NCBI GenBank assembly: GCA_943788985.1
Contig: CALSSJ010000046.1
Coordinates: forward strand, 1-39,451
DNA length: 39,451 nt
Direction of reading: 5' to 3'
Origin: an uncultured Lentisphaerales bacterium
GTDB taxonomy: Bacteria; Verrucomicrobiota; Lentisphaeria; JABSQK01; UBA12247
This document shows, piece after piece, positions 1-9,026 of the stretch. The position numbers and the translations under genes are program-made. A model generated the notes under the pieces. That model had not been told where the DNA came from, ran no database searches, and was given only the letters and a program-made list of their open reading frames with translations. Position 1 is the stretch's first letter; the number at the start of each line of letters is the position of its first letter.

Positions 1-1371
1 TTGGTGTTCGCGAGCCGATTAGGCACGTTCCCCTGCATTCCACGTTTCCACTCAGGTCTGTAGCTGCTTGGCCAGCTCCGGCTTTGCGGCAGCCTGATCG
101 TTCGCTTCCGCCGTGTCTCTAGGCAACGCATACAAGGCTGGAGCCCCGCCCGCGTTTTCCTTGATATACTTCGTCCGCTCATGCGTGAGTATCGAGTACT
201 CTGGTCCCCTCAAGATCCCGCCAATAGATGAATTCATGCGGTGGTGCCACACTCAGAGCCGAGAACATGCGGGATCAGAATCGTCCCCTCCATCGCCGGA
301 CTTGCCAAGGCGTCCCCACCCGCAACATTCGACGCCTGTGCGCCCGATATCGAGAGCCATCACCGGCGAGTCGTAGGTCACGCCTTGCGGAAGCTTGGCA
401 GGCCAATAAGCGACAAACGGCACATGCACACCGCCATCATACAAGGTTCCCTTCCCCCCTCGGAATGGCGCATTCGAGGATCCATTCCAGTTTCCCAGCT
501 TCTGCGGTTTGGCCTGTGGTCCGCCATTATCGCTCAGGAAAAAAGACCAGCCGTATTCTCGCGCACGCCCTTCGTTTCCAGCGCCTCGAGCACCAGCCCA
601 ATCCCGTGGTCCATCACATGCACCATCGCGGCATAGACTCGTCGTTTCTGATCCTTAATCTCAGAATACCGCGCGATCGCCTCCTTGGGAGCCTGCAACG
701 GCGCATGCGGGGCATTGTATGCTAGGTACAGAAAGAACGGCTTGTCCGCTGCCGTTTCTCGACAAAGGTTGCCGCATCCTGGCTCAGCGCCGTCGTCAGA
801 TACCCGTGTAACTCCGCTGGCTTGCCATTCCGTTCAAGCGCCTGCAGATACGCCTCCTTCACCGGCCGGCGTAGGTCGATCCGAAAGTAATCATGACCGC
901 CCCCAGAAAGCCGTAGAAATAAGTCGAATCCGCGGTTATTCGGGTGAACGGCGGCGCTGCGCCCAAGTGCCATTTCCCGATGATCCGGTGTAGTAGCCAG
1001 CCTTCTGCAGCCGTTTGGGGAACAGGGTCTCGCCGACATCGATCCCCAGGTACGGATTCGACGGGGTCGTAGCCGGGGTTCGTTTCGAATCCGAACCGAT
1101 GCTGCAAGCGTCCGGCTAGCAGTGCCGCCCGGCTGGGCCCGCAATAGGAATGGTTCGCGTACCCGCTGGTGAAGACACGCCAGTGGCGGCCAGCTTATCC
1201 AGATTCGGCGTCCTGATATCCTTGCCCGGTAAAGCCGGCATCACCATAGCCCATGTCATCGGCCATGATCACGATGATGTTTGGCTTGTCAGCGGCGAAC
1301 GCGGAAAGCGACAGCGCGAGAACACTCCAGATTGCGAGGGGCGTGTATTTCAAGAGGAATGGACTCCGCAC
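1..1371 (-). CDS. Cys-type (formylglycine-dependent) sulfatase with signal peptide; multiple frameshifts; 3' end at or beyond the window edge
   Basis: Fragments in different frames give: signal-like ALSLSAFAA then [17 protein letters not shown]; the signature [13 protein letters not shown] (Cys codon at 1141-1143, read manually); [26 protein letters not shown]-terminal LYAL..D.AE. Probable GTG start at 1371. Confidence 0.9.
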
Positions 1372-1614
1372 AGCATTTGGCTCAATGGGCAAAGGAAGTT
1401 TATCGCCACCTCGCCCAATCGCCAACATCCTTGGCGGGGACGCCGCCCGCCGCGGGCTTCATGGGCGGGAAAAGCGCAAAGCAGTCGACTCGTGTCGATG
1501 CTATCGATGGGGTCGACTCGAGTCGATCTTTCGGGGTTCGTTGAATTCCGCCAATTCGCCCGCAATGTGCCAATACTGAGCCGGTCCTTGGGAGAAACCT
1601 GTTGTGGAGGAAAA

Positions 1615-2787
1615 ATGAACCTGTCAGCCTCTATTCTTCGGAGCCTGGCCGTAGCGCTCTGCGCAAGCCCGTTAGCGTCAGCACAAGACATCCCGCCCCC
1701 TCACCGCCCTGACAAAGCTGGTCGCTGAATCGGCCCACCAGGAAGTGGACGCATTCCTCACCAGAACGCCAGAGGCAGTAGCCACAGTGCGAGCACCCGG
1801 CGTTGCCCGGCGTGGCGACCTGAAAATGCTGAAGATTCTCAGAAGCACGGTGCGGACCTGAATCAGCTGGGCTACGGCGGCGCGACCTGTCTGCACGAGG
1901 CAGCTCGTGCAAACCGCGCAGACATCCTTGAGTTTCTGTTGGTATCCGGCGCTGATTCTTCTCGCCTTATCTGGAGGCATGGCAACACCGTCCTTCATGT
2001 CGCAGCAGAGCAGAAATCTGCCAAGGCCATTCGCCTTCTCGTCAAAGAAGGCGGCAGCTGATCACACCAAAGAAACTACCTGGTCAAACGCCCTTGGCCC
2101 TCTTCCTGCAGGCTAAACCGGCACAAGATTTCCGCAAGACCTTGCGCTCATCCGACTCCTGGCCAGCAAGGCCAACGACAAGCCAGACGAATTTGGTGTA
2201 TCCCATTATCGAGCTCGGGCAAACGCTGGAGCTCAAGGCCGTGCTGCGCGCTTTGGGCTACCAAGAAGAATCGACAATCACGCCGGAAGGGCTCGAGGCG
2301 TTGCTCTGCGATGAGACGCGGCAGAAAATTGTGCGGCTCACTGCAGCCGAGCTACTTTCAGAACGCTACAAGCCAGCCGCCCGGGAGATCTTCGAGCGCG
2401 CGCACGAAAAGTGCGGGGATGACCTATTCGACTGGATGATTCGGGGAGATCTTGAGCTTCCCGATGCCGAGCCCGAGCCAGCCGAGCCAGCTGTCACCGT
2501 CGGCTACATGCCTTGGGACAACACCGAGTACTGGGATCTCAATGCGGACGACCGGGTGGACCTCGAGTTTCACGAGACGGGAGTCCAGGACGGAGGGCTT
2601 GCGCGCTGGGGTACGCATTGATTACGACTATGACGGATTCTACGACGAGGAGATCCGAATCGGCGGCTCATTCGTAAGCGGCTGGGTGCACAACACCAAG
2701 CTCCGCAAACCAGTAAACCCGATTCGAAAGCTCGAAAAGATCCGCATTTCCCCAAGCCGAGTCAGGGAGCTAAGAGAGGCCCGTTGA
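1615..2787 (+). CDS. Secreted ankyrin-repeat protein, frameshifted
   Basis: GGAGG at 1606-1610, ATG at 1615, signal-like MNLSASILRSLAVALCASPLASAQ. Manual translation of 1861-2058 gives two ankyrin-type repeats, GATCLHEAARANRADILEFLLVSGAD and GNTVLHVAAEQKSAKAIRLLVKEG. Coding-like sequence continues in ORFs 2094-2621 and 2452-2787; that these form one gene is inferred. Confidence 0.65.
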
Positions 2788-2791
2788 GGAG

Positions 2792-2826
2792 GAAGGGTGA
2801 AGAGTGAAGGGTGAAGGGTGAAGGGT
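2792..2826 (+). repeat. Heptamer tandem repeat (GAAGGGT) x5
   Basis: GAAGGGT GAAGAGT GAAGGGT GAAGGGT GAAGGGT directly after the stop codon at 2787. Confidence 0.85.
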
Positions 2827-2958
2827 TCAACTTCACTGTTGCTACTGCTGATCCGGCGGCTGAGCCGAGTGTGCGAGACAGCCAGGCAACCTGCTCAACG
2901 ACTTCTATCGCGGTACTACGACAGCCGTGGGATTGGTCCAAGCTGGGATGGGAGCGAG

Positions 2959-3103
2959 GCCTGTCGGAAGTCCCGCCTTCAGGCGGCAGTTAATGAGCAG
3001 TTTTAGCTGCCGGAGCGCCCGTACGGGAGCACTCTCCGAGCAGAGGCTTCGCGGGCTAAAGCCCGTCGGTTACTGCCGCCTGAAGGCGGGACTCCGACAA
3101 GGC
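2959..3103. repeat. REP-like doublet: inverted repeat whose arms are themselves hairpins
   Basis: AGTCCCGCCTTCAGGCGGCAGT (2969-2990) is the exact reverse complement of ACTGCCGCCTGAAGGCGGGACT (3072-3093), and pairing extends imperfectly to 2959/3103. Each arm contains the hairpin CCGCC-TTCA-GGCGG or its complement. Confidence 0.85.
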
Positions 3104-3269
3104 TTCGTGTGCAACGCGCGGTCTCGACAGAGGGGGCCGTCCGCCTGATTGAGCAGCGACGGGCTTGTCAACCAACGCCAGAAGCCTAGATTCACCCGTG
3201 ATTTTCATCTGGAAATTGGATATTCCATGTTGGACATTGGATATTCAGTAGACACACAGCAAGGCAATC

Positions 3270-4273
3270 ATGACCGAAAGAAACCACAGCCACGAGCAGC
3301 CAGCCACGCAGGAAAAGCAGCGTAGCCTTGATCCTTGGGGCCTGCTATCTGCGGCCCTTTTTATCGTCGCGATGATGACACTGGGCGGCTTCTTCGGCCG
3401 GTTCTGGTGGGCCGCTCGACCTCGCGTCCGAGCTCCGACTTCAATATGTGGAGTGCAGTCTGATCGCCGCGGCACTCTACGGCCTTGGGCCGACGCAAGC
3501 GCCACGCCGCCGCAGCGCTGCTCGTTGTCGCAGTGAACGCAGCGCTTATCCTGCCGATGTATCTCGGCAAAAGTCCGCCACCGGCACCGCTTCCTGTCGC
3601 CTGCTGCTCTGCAATGTCAAAAGCGATAACACCGAGTATGAGCAGTTCCTTGACCTTGTGCGCGAGGAGCAGCCAGACGCCATCGTTCTGGTCGAGCTGA
3701 ATCAGGCTTGGATCAACGCCCTCTCCGAGCTCAGGCGAGACTATCCGCATCACCTCGAGCATCCAGAAGAGGACGTCTTCGGCATCGCCTTCTACAGCAA
3801 ACTCCCGGTGCAAAGCATGGCGATTAAAACCCTCGGCGAAGTGAAGGTGGCCTCGGTCCATGCGGTCATCAATCACGGCGGCGTTGCCTGGAATCTCATC
3901 GGCACTCACCCCCCTGCCGCCTGGCGGGGGCGATTACTGGCGTTGGCGCAACGATCAGCTCGCTGAACTGGCAACCTTTATTCAGGGTTTGGACGGGCCG
4001 GTGGTGGTCCTGGGTGACCTCAACGTCACGCCGTGGTCTCATTACTTCCGCACCTTCGCTCGTGATGCCCAGTTACGCGACGGTGGCAAAGGCTTCGGGC
4101 TGCAAATCAGCTGGCCCACCTACTTCCCGCCACTCGGCATCCCGATTGACCACTGCCTAGTCTCGCCCCAGGTAGACGTCCACGACCGCCGAACCGGACC
4201 AGCGATCGGCTCCGACCATTACCCGGTCATCATCGATCTCGCGGTGGAGGATCAGCTGCCTGCGAGGCGATAA
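3270..4273 (+). CDS. Membrane-anchored endonuclease/exonuclease/phosphatase (EEP) family protein, frameshifted
   Basis: N-terminal hydrophobic helices, then RLLLCNV, PDAIVLVEL, VVVLGDLNVTPWS, PIDHCLVS and GSDHYPV, spread over ORFs 3270-3536, 3448-3966 and 3860-4273. Confidence 0.85.
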
Positions 4274-4360
4274 GCCGTAAATCGGGATGGCTGGCCGCTG
4301 ATTACTGAGTATAATCGAGGTGCCCACGCCCGCAGTAAAGAGGAAATGGAGAGATCAGCC

Positions 4361-5137
4361 ATGGCTTTTACGGCTTCCCTTGAGATCACTCAAGACCAGA
4401 TCGATCAGTATCAGCAAGAAGGCTACTTCATCCTCGAGAGCATATTCTCCCACGACGAACTGGAGATTCTACGCGGCGAGTGCGACCGCTTTGTCGAAGA
4501 AACCGACGCCGAGCTGGCGAAGGGGAAAGGCAACAATGGCATTACGCATCAGGGCAAGCGCTACTTCATCCCGAATACACACACGCGCAGCGCACACATG
4601 TACAACTACGCGTTCAGCCCCGTCTTCGCGGCCATCTGCCGGGCCACGCTTGGCGAGGAGGCCGTTCTTTTTCTCGATCAGATGGTGGTGAAATCGGCCG
4701 AGAAAGGGTTGCCGTTTTCCTGGCACCAGGATTCGGGCTATCTCAGCTTTGACCATCCGCCCTACCTCACGTGCTGGGCGACGCTGGACGATGTAACCAT
4801 CGAGAATGGCACCGTCTCGCTGCTGCCCTATTCCCAGTTGGGGATCAAGACGCGGGTAAAGCACATTCGCGCCCCCGAGCACAATGACATGGTCGGCTAC
4901 TTTGGCGAAAATCCCGGAATTCCGGTCATAGTCCCGGCGGGAAGCATCGCCGTTTTCTCCTCTGTCTGTTTCCATCGCAGCGGACCGAATACGACGGACA
5001 AGCCCAGGCGAGCGATGCTCACGCAGTACGCTTCCGCCCCGATCCTAAACCCGGAAACAAACCGAGCGATGTTCGACGGCCAGCAATTTCTTCGCGAGGG
5101 CAAGATCGTCGCAGCCGGTTTCTCCCAGCAGGCTTGA
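4361..5137 (+). CDS. Phytanoyl-CoA dioxygenase (PhyH) family Fe(II)/2-oxoglutarate oxygenase
   Basis: QYQQEGYFI, WHQDSGY (HxD), CWATLDDVTIENG, FHRSGPNTT..PRRA. ATG 4361 follows GGAGA; alternative start at 4346. Confidence 0.9.
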   Translation: MAFTASLEITQDQIDQYQQEGYFILESIFSHDELEILRGECDRFVEETDAELAKGKGNNGITHQGKRYFIPNTHTRSAHMYNYAFSPVFAAICRATLGEEAVLFLDQMVVKSAEKGLPFSWHQDSGYLSFDHPPYLTCWATLDDVTIENGTVSLLPYSQLGIKTRVKHIRAPEHNDMVGYFGENPGIPVIVPAGSIAVFSSVCFHRSGPNTTDKPRRAMLTQYASAPILNPETNRAMFDGQQFLREGKIVAAGFSQQA

Positions 5138-5609
5138 ACCCTCAATCGCAGCCGAGAAATCATCCGGGCCTGGTGGCGGCCTGCCGGGCCCGGGCAACGC
5201 CGACACGGGCCCAGGATGCAAAAAGACCCCCTCATTTCCGGAATCAGCCGCGATGCCGTTTTTACGAGCAGCAATTGCTGCGCAAGTCGGACGGGCCGAC
5301 AGGTCGCGACGAAAACCTAACAAGGAGGCCTACCCACAACAGAGTGTCGATCCACTGTTTATTCAAGCCCGCAACCAATCTTTTCCCCGATTCCGTCAGA
5401 AAAAGCCGACTGCGGCGGCAGCCTATAAGGTTTTATTTTCCGCCGCCTCAACGACTGATGCAGCGAGATGCTCTCGCGCCCCTGCTGCACTGAAGTATCG
5501 TCCGTGGCATCAGCGGTTCGGCCCAATGCAACTGAGCCACCGCGCAGCGCACGCCTGTACCCGAAGTAGACACAATCACACCGAAGAATTAAGAGCAACA
5601 TATTACGTT

Positions 5610-6482
5610 ATGATTTCCCAGATTATCACCCATCCGGGCGGGGCCCACAAAGACGACTTTCTTGCCTGCTGCGTGTTGGCCGCTCAAAATCAAGTGCCGA
5701 TCTACCGTCGTGAGCCCACCCCGCAAGACTTGGCCGACCCGACAATCTGCGTCGTCGATGTCGGCGATGAACACGCGCCCGAGCGCAATAACTTTGACCA
5801 CCATCAATTTCCACGCGATCACACGCCGATCTGCGCCCTCTCCCTCGTGCTTCAGAACTTGGGCCTCTACGACGACGCTCGTCGCTTCTGCGACTGGCTC
5901 GAGCCCGCTGAGTGGTTTGACTGCCGCGGCCCGGCGCGAACCGCAGATTGGCTAGAAGTGGATCGTTCGGTCGTCAACAAGCTGGTGTCGCCGATCGACA
6001 TCGCGCTGCTCCGCCGCTTTGCCGACTGCGCCGAACTAGCCCCCGAGCACACGCTCTACGAAGTGATGACCTGGATCGGAGGCGACCTGGTCGATTACCT
6101 CGAGACCCTGCGCACGCGGCTCGCCTTTGTCGCCGAACACGTCCAAATCTTGCCCATCGACGTCGCCGGCCAGCGCTTTCAGGCCGCCTTCATGCCCCGC
6201 ACCAAGCCCCTACTCGACGATCCATCCACCTCCCTGGCGCGCTTTCTGGACGCGAGGCACGGCAACGATGACACGATTGGCCTGATCTATCCTGATCGGC
6301 GCGGTGGTGGCTACGGCCTGTCGCGACTCCACGACGATCCGCGCCTCGACTTCACCCAGATTGGGGCGGAACCCGATGTGCATTTTGCCCACGCCAGCGG
6401 CTTCGTCGCGAAGGTCTCAGCCCACACCCCAGAGCGCCTTCAGGCCCTGATGGCGCAGGCCTACGTACCCGTGTCTGGGTAA
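5610..6482 (+). CDS. MYG1-like (DHH-type) metal-dependent hydrolase
   Basis: IITHPGGAHKDDFLAC, VVDVG, NFDHHQF and C-terminal VHFAHASGFVAK resemble MYG1 motifs. The homologous region begins at ATG 5610 inside the longer 5253 ORF. Confidence 0.8.
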   Translation: MISQIITHPGGAHKDDFLACCVLAAQNQVPIYRREPTPQDLADPTICVVDVGDEHAPERNNFDHHQFPRDHTPICALSLVLQNLGLYDDARRFCDWLEPAEWFDCRGPARTADWLEVDRSVVNKLVSPIDIALLRRFADCAELAPEHTLYEVMTWIGGDLVDYLETLRTRLAFVAEHVQILPIDVAGQRFQAAFMPRTKPLLDDPSTSLARFLDARHGNDDTIGLIYPDRRGGGYGLSRLHDDPRLDFTQIGAEPDVHFAHASGFVAKVSAHTPERLQALMAQAYVPVSG

Positions 6483-6916
6483 TGCCCGCGACCTTTGCCC
6501 ATCCGGCGGCGGTGCGGCCCCTGCTTCGCCTTGGCCAACCGGCGGCCTTTATCATTGGCCCGCTGACCCCGGTCGCCGCATACTTTCTACCCGGCGACGG
6601 CTTCCGCCACTGCCACCGCCCGGGTGCCGCGCTCTGGTTTGGCTTGCCTACCGGTCTCATCGGCTGGTTTGCCTTTCAGCGCTACCTGCGCCCTGTCCTG
6701 CTCGAACTAGCACCCGACTGGCTACGCGATCGCTGCTGGCAGCTGCGAACTCCGCACTTCAGCGGCTTCACCGCTTTCCTCGTGCGCCACGAGTCCTACA
6801 TCAGCCTTTTGAGGCTTCCACGCTACGCAGCCCTGGGGCTGAAATCTACGTTAGTTGCCGGACTTTTCGGCAGCATTTTTTGGGGCGCTCGCCTGAGAAA
6901 GAGGATCAAGCCATGA
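6482..6916 (+). CDS. DUF4184-like membrane protein, short and possibly internally deleted
   Basis: MPATFAHPAAVRPL...AFIIG.LTP resembles the DUF4184 N-terminus (MPFT..HPAAVLPL). Only 144 aa; overlaps both neighbours (TAATG and ATGA). Confidence 0.6.
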   Translation: MPATFAHPAAVRPLLRLGQPAAFIIGPLTPVAAYFLPGDGFRHCHRPGAALWFGLPTGLIGWFAFQRYLRPVLLELAPDWLRDRCWQLRTPHFSGFTAFLVRHESYISLLRLPRYAALGLKSTLVAGLFGSIFWGARLRKRIKP

Positions 6917-8079
6917 AAGCCACGCCAATCGCGATACTACTTTGTTTCTACCTACTGTCAGCAGTTGCAGACGAAGAAGAAACTCACCTGCGGACTCTGA
7001 AGCAGGCCTTCCATGATGACTTCCTAATCGGCGCTGCCATCGAGAAGCTCCTATTCGAAGAGGGCGCGCGGCCCACGCTTAAGCTGGTGCCCACTCAGTT
7101 CAACAGCATTTCTTCCTGCAACATGCTGAAATGGAGCCCATTCAATCCAAAGCCTGAGGTATATGACCACAGGGCTGCTGATGCCTACGTGGCGTTTGGC
7201 ACCAAGCACAACATGTACGTCGTCGGACATGTCCTTTTCTGGCACAACCAGACCCCCGAATGGGTATTCCGAGATGTGGACAGCAAGCAGCTTGACCGTA
7301 GCGCACTACTTGAGCGGATGCGCGAACGCGTGAGGCACCTGGCAACACGTTATGGCAGCAAGATTGAAGCCTGGGATGTGGTCAACGAAGCGATCGAAGG
7401 CAACGGACACCTCCGCAACAGCACCTGGACGCAGATCATCGGCAAGGACTTTATTGAGCAGGCCTTTCGGATCGCCCATGACGAGCTCCCCACTGATGTG
7501 GAGTTGCTATACAACGACTACTCGATGACGGGCCCAAAAAAGAGGGACGCAGTAGTCAGGATGATCCTCGAACTCAAACAGAGGGGAGTACGGATCGATG
7601 GGGTCGGGATGCAGGGGCACTGGTCGATCAATGGCCCCGCCCTTGCGGACATCGAGGCAAGTATAGTCGCTTTTTCCCAAGCAGGCGTTGAGGTTCATAT
7701 CACAGAGCTTGATATCGATGTTTTGCCGCGACAGCCCGGGATGCACGGCGCGGATGTTGCCAAACAGCTCGAGCAAGACGAGGCAATGGATCCATACCGT
7801 GATGGGTTGCAAGCGGAGATGCAGCAGAGGCTCGCACAGAGGTACGCAGACATCTTCCAGCTGTTTCTCAAGCATCGGGAGAAAATCAAAAGAGTCGCGT
7901 TCTGGGGCACCACGGACAACCACTCCTGGCTCAACAACTGGCCGATCAAGGGCAGAACAAGCTACCCGTTACTGTTCGACAGAAATGGTGCCCCAAAGCC
8001 AGCCTTTCACGCAGTAATTGGCCTGAAGGCCCCTAAGGATGCAGCTGACGATCCAGCCCCCACAGTGATCCACGACTGA
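6913..8079 (+). CDS. Secreted GH10 endo-1,4-beta-xylanase
   Basis: Signal peptide MKATPIAILLCFYLLSAVA; GHVLFWHNQTPEW; acid/base motif WDVVNEA; LYNDY; IDGVGMQGH; nucleophile motif ITELD; YPLLFD...PKPAF. Confidence 0.95.
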   Translation: MKATPIAILLCFYLLSAVADEEETHLRTLKQAFHDDFLIGAAIEKLLFEEGARPTLKLVPTQFNSISSCNMLKWSPFNPKPEVYDHRAADAYVAFGTKHNMYVVGHVLFWHNQTPEWVFRDVDSKQLDRSALLERMRERVRHLATRYGSKIEAWDVVNEAIEGNGHLRNSTWTQIIGKDFIEQAFRIAHDELPTDVELLYNDYSMTGPKKRDAVVRMILELKQRGVRIDGVGMQGHWSINGPALADIEASIVAFSQAGVEVHITELDIDVLPRQPGMHGADVAKQLEQDEAMDPYRDGLQAEMQQRLAQRYADIFQLFLKHREKIKRVAFWGTTDNHSWLNNWPIKGRTSYPLLFDRNGAPKPAFHAVIGLKAPKDAADDPAPTVIHD

Positions 8080-8230
8080 TCCAGAGCGCTCGCATAACGG
8101 GTTCTGACAAGACCGCCGCAGGCAGAGCCAGCCCTATTGGAACTGGAGCAAAGCGTCAACATTTTGGGGACAAGAATATCGGACAGCGATCTTCTAGGGC
8201 AACATTTCGAAAAGGAATCGCGTGCACCAG

Positions 8231-8796
8231 ATGAAGCCATTCAGGACACTATCACTGGTTCTCTTGCTGACCGCTTGTGCCCCCGGAACTGACGAGTATT
8301 TCATCGTCGATGAAACGCTGCAATAAGGGATTATGGCGGTACAGGCAGAGTGGTAATCTGAGTCCCTGGCGGCGATGGGCGAGCCCAGTCTTCGGCGTGG
8401 TCGCAAGGACGAACGGGTCTACAGACTCCTGGTGGTGACGGCGCGAAGAAACCACGTATCAGCACGTCTGCTGCTGTCAGACGGGAAATGGCAACTGGTG
8501 ATGCGACGCTTGACCCTGGGCCCCGTGAACCTTAGATGGACATGACAGTTGTTCTGAACGGTGCAGAGTCGACGAATCTCAAGAGCCTTCTCCAAACCGC
8601 GGATGTCTTTCAACAATCGAGATTCCCTGCCCGCGAATTTCACATCATGGACGGTGGCCACTAGGGATTCGAAGCCAACTTTTATGGAGAATACCACCTC
8701 GTGATTCGTGAAGAATTTCCGAATGGTAATCCGGAGGAGGCCGCCTTCAAGGAGCTTTGCCTCTGGCTGCATAAGAAGAGCATCGCAGTCAACTAG
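8231..8796 (+). pseudogene. Decayed lipoprotein gene of unknown function
   Basis: MKPFRTLSLVLLLTAC carries a lipobox (alternative GTG start at 8222 after AAGGA). Protein-like reading continues through in-frame stops and two frame changes: ...TLQ*GIMAVQAEW*SESLAAMGEPSL..VYRLL, then ..IMDGGH*GFEA, then YGEYHLVIR..AFKELCLWLHKKSIAVN*. Confidence 0.6.
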
Positions 8797-8805
8797 GCTT
8801 CCTCT

Positions 8806-8878
8806 TCTCTGCGTCCCTGCGCCCTGCGCCTCTGCGGGAGGATAACCATCCGTAGATTACGCAGATTTCCGCAGATTC
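8806..8878. repeat. Short intergenic tandem repeats of (CTGCGCC)-like and (CGCAGATT)-like units
   Basis: CTCTGCGTCCCTGCGCCCTGCGCCTCTGCG followed by CGTAGATTACGCAGATTTCCGCAGATT. Confidence 0.65.
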
Positions 8879-9026
8879 GTTCTCGACACGGCACACGACT
8901 GGCGCTCAAATCATGGCCTGTCTTGCGGTTACATCGTGCTTAGCCAAGAAGATCGGCAAAGCCGTCTATCCAGCTAGTTCGAGCGAGCTATGGTATCGTT
9001 TTTCAAGACCACGGAGCAGATGATTA

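Noticed and set aside
5138..5609. 119-aa N-terminal extension of the MYG1-like ORF, or an ncRNA in this gap
   Set aside because: The extension looks like translated non-coding DNA and family similarity starts at ATG 5610. GC-rich hairpins are present, but I recognise no RNA family.
8419..8772. 117-aa ORF on the - strand
   Set aside because: Better explained as the antisense shadow of the + strand lipoprotein pseudogene; no recognisable motifs.
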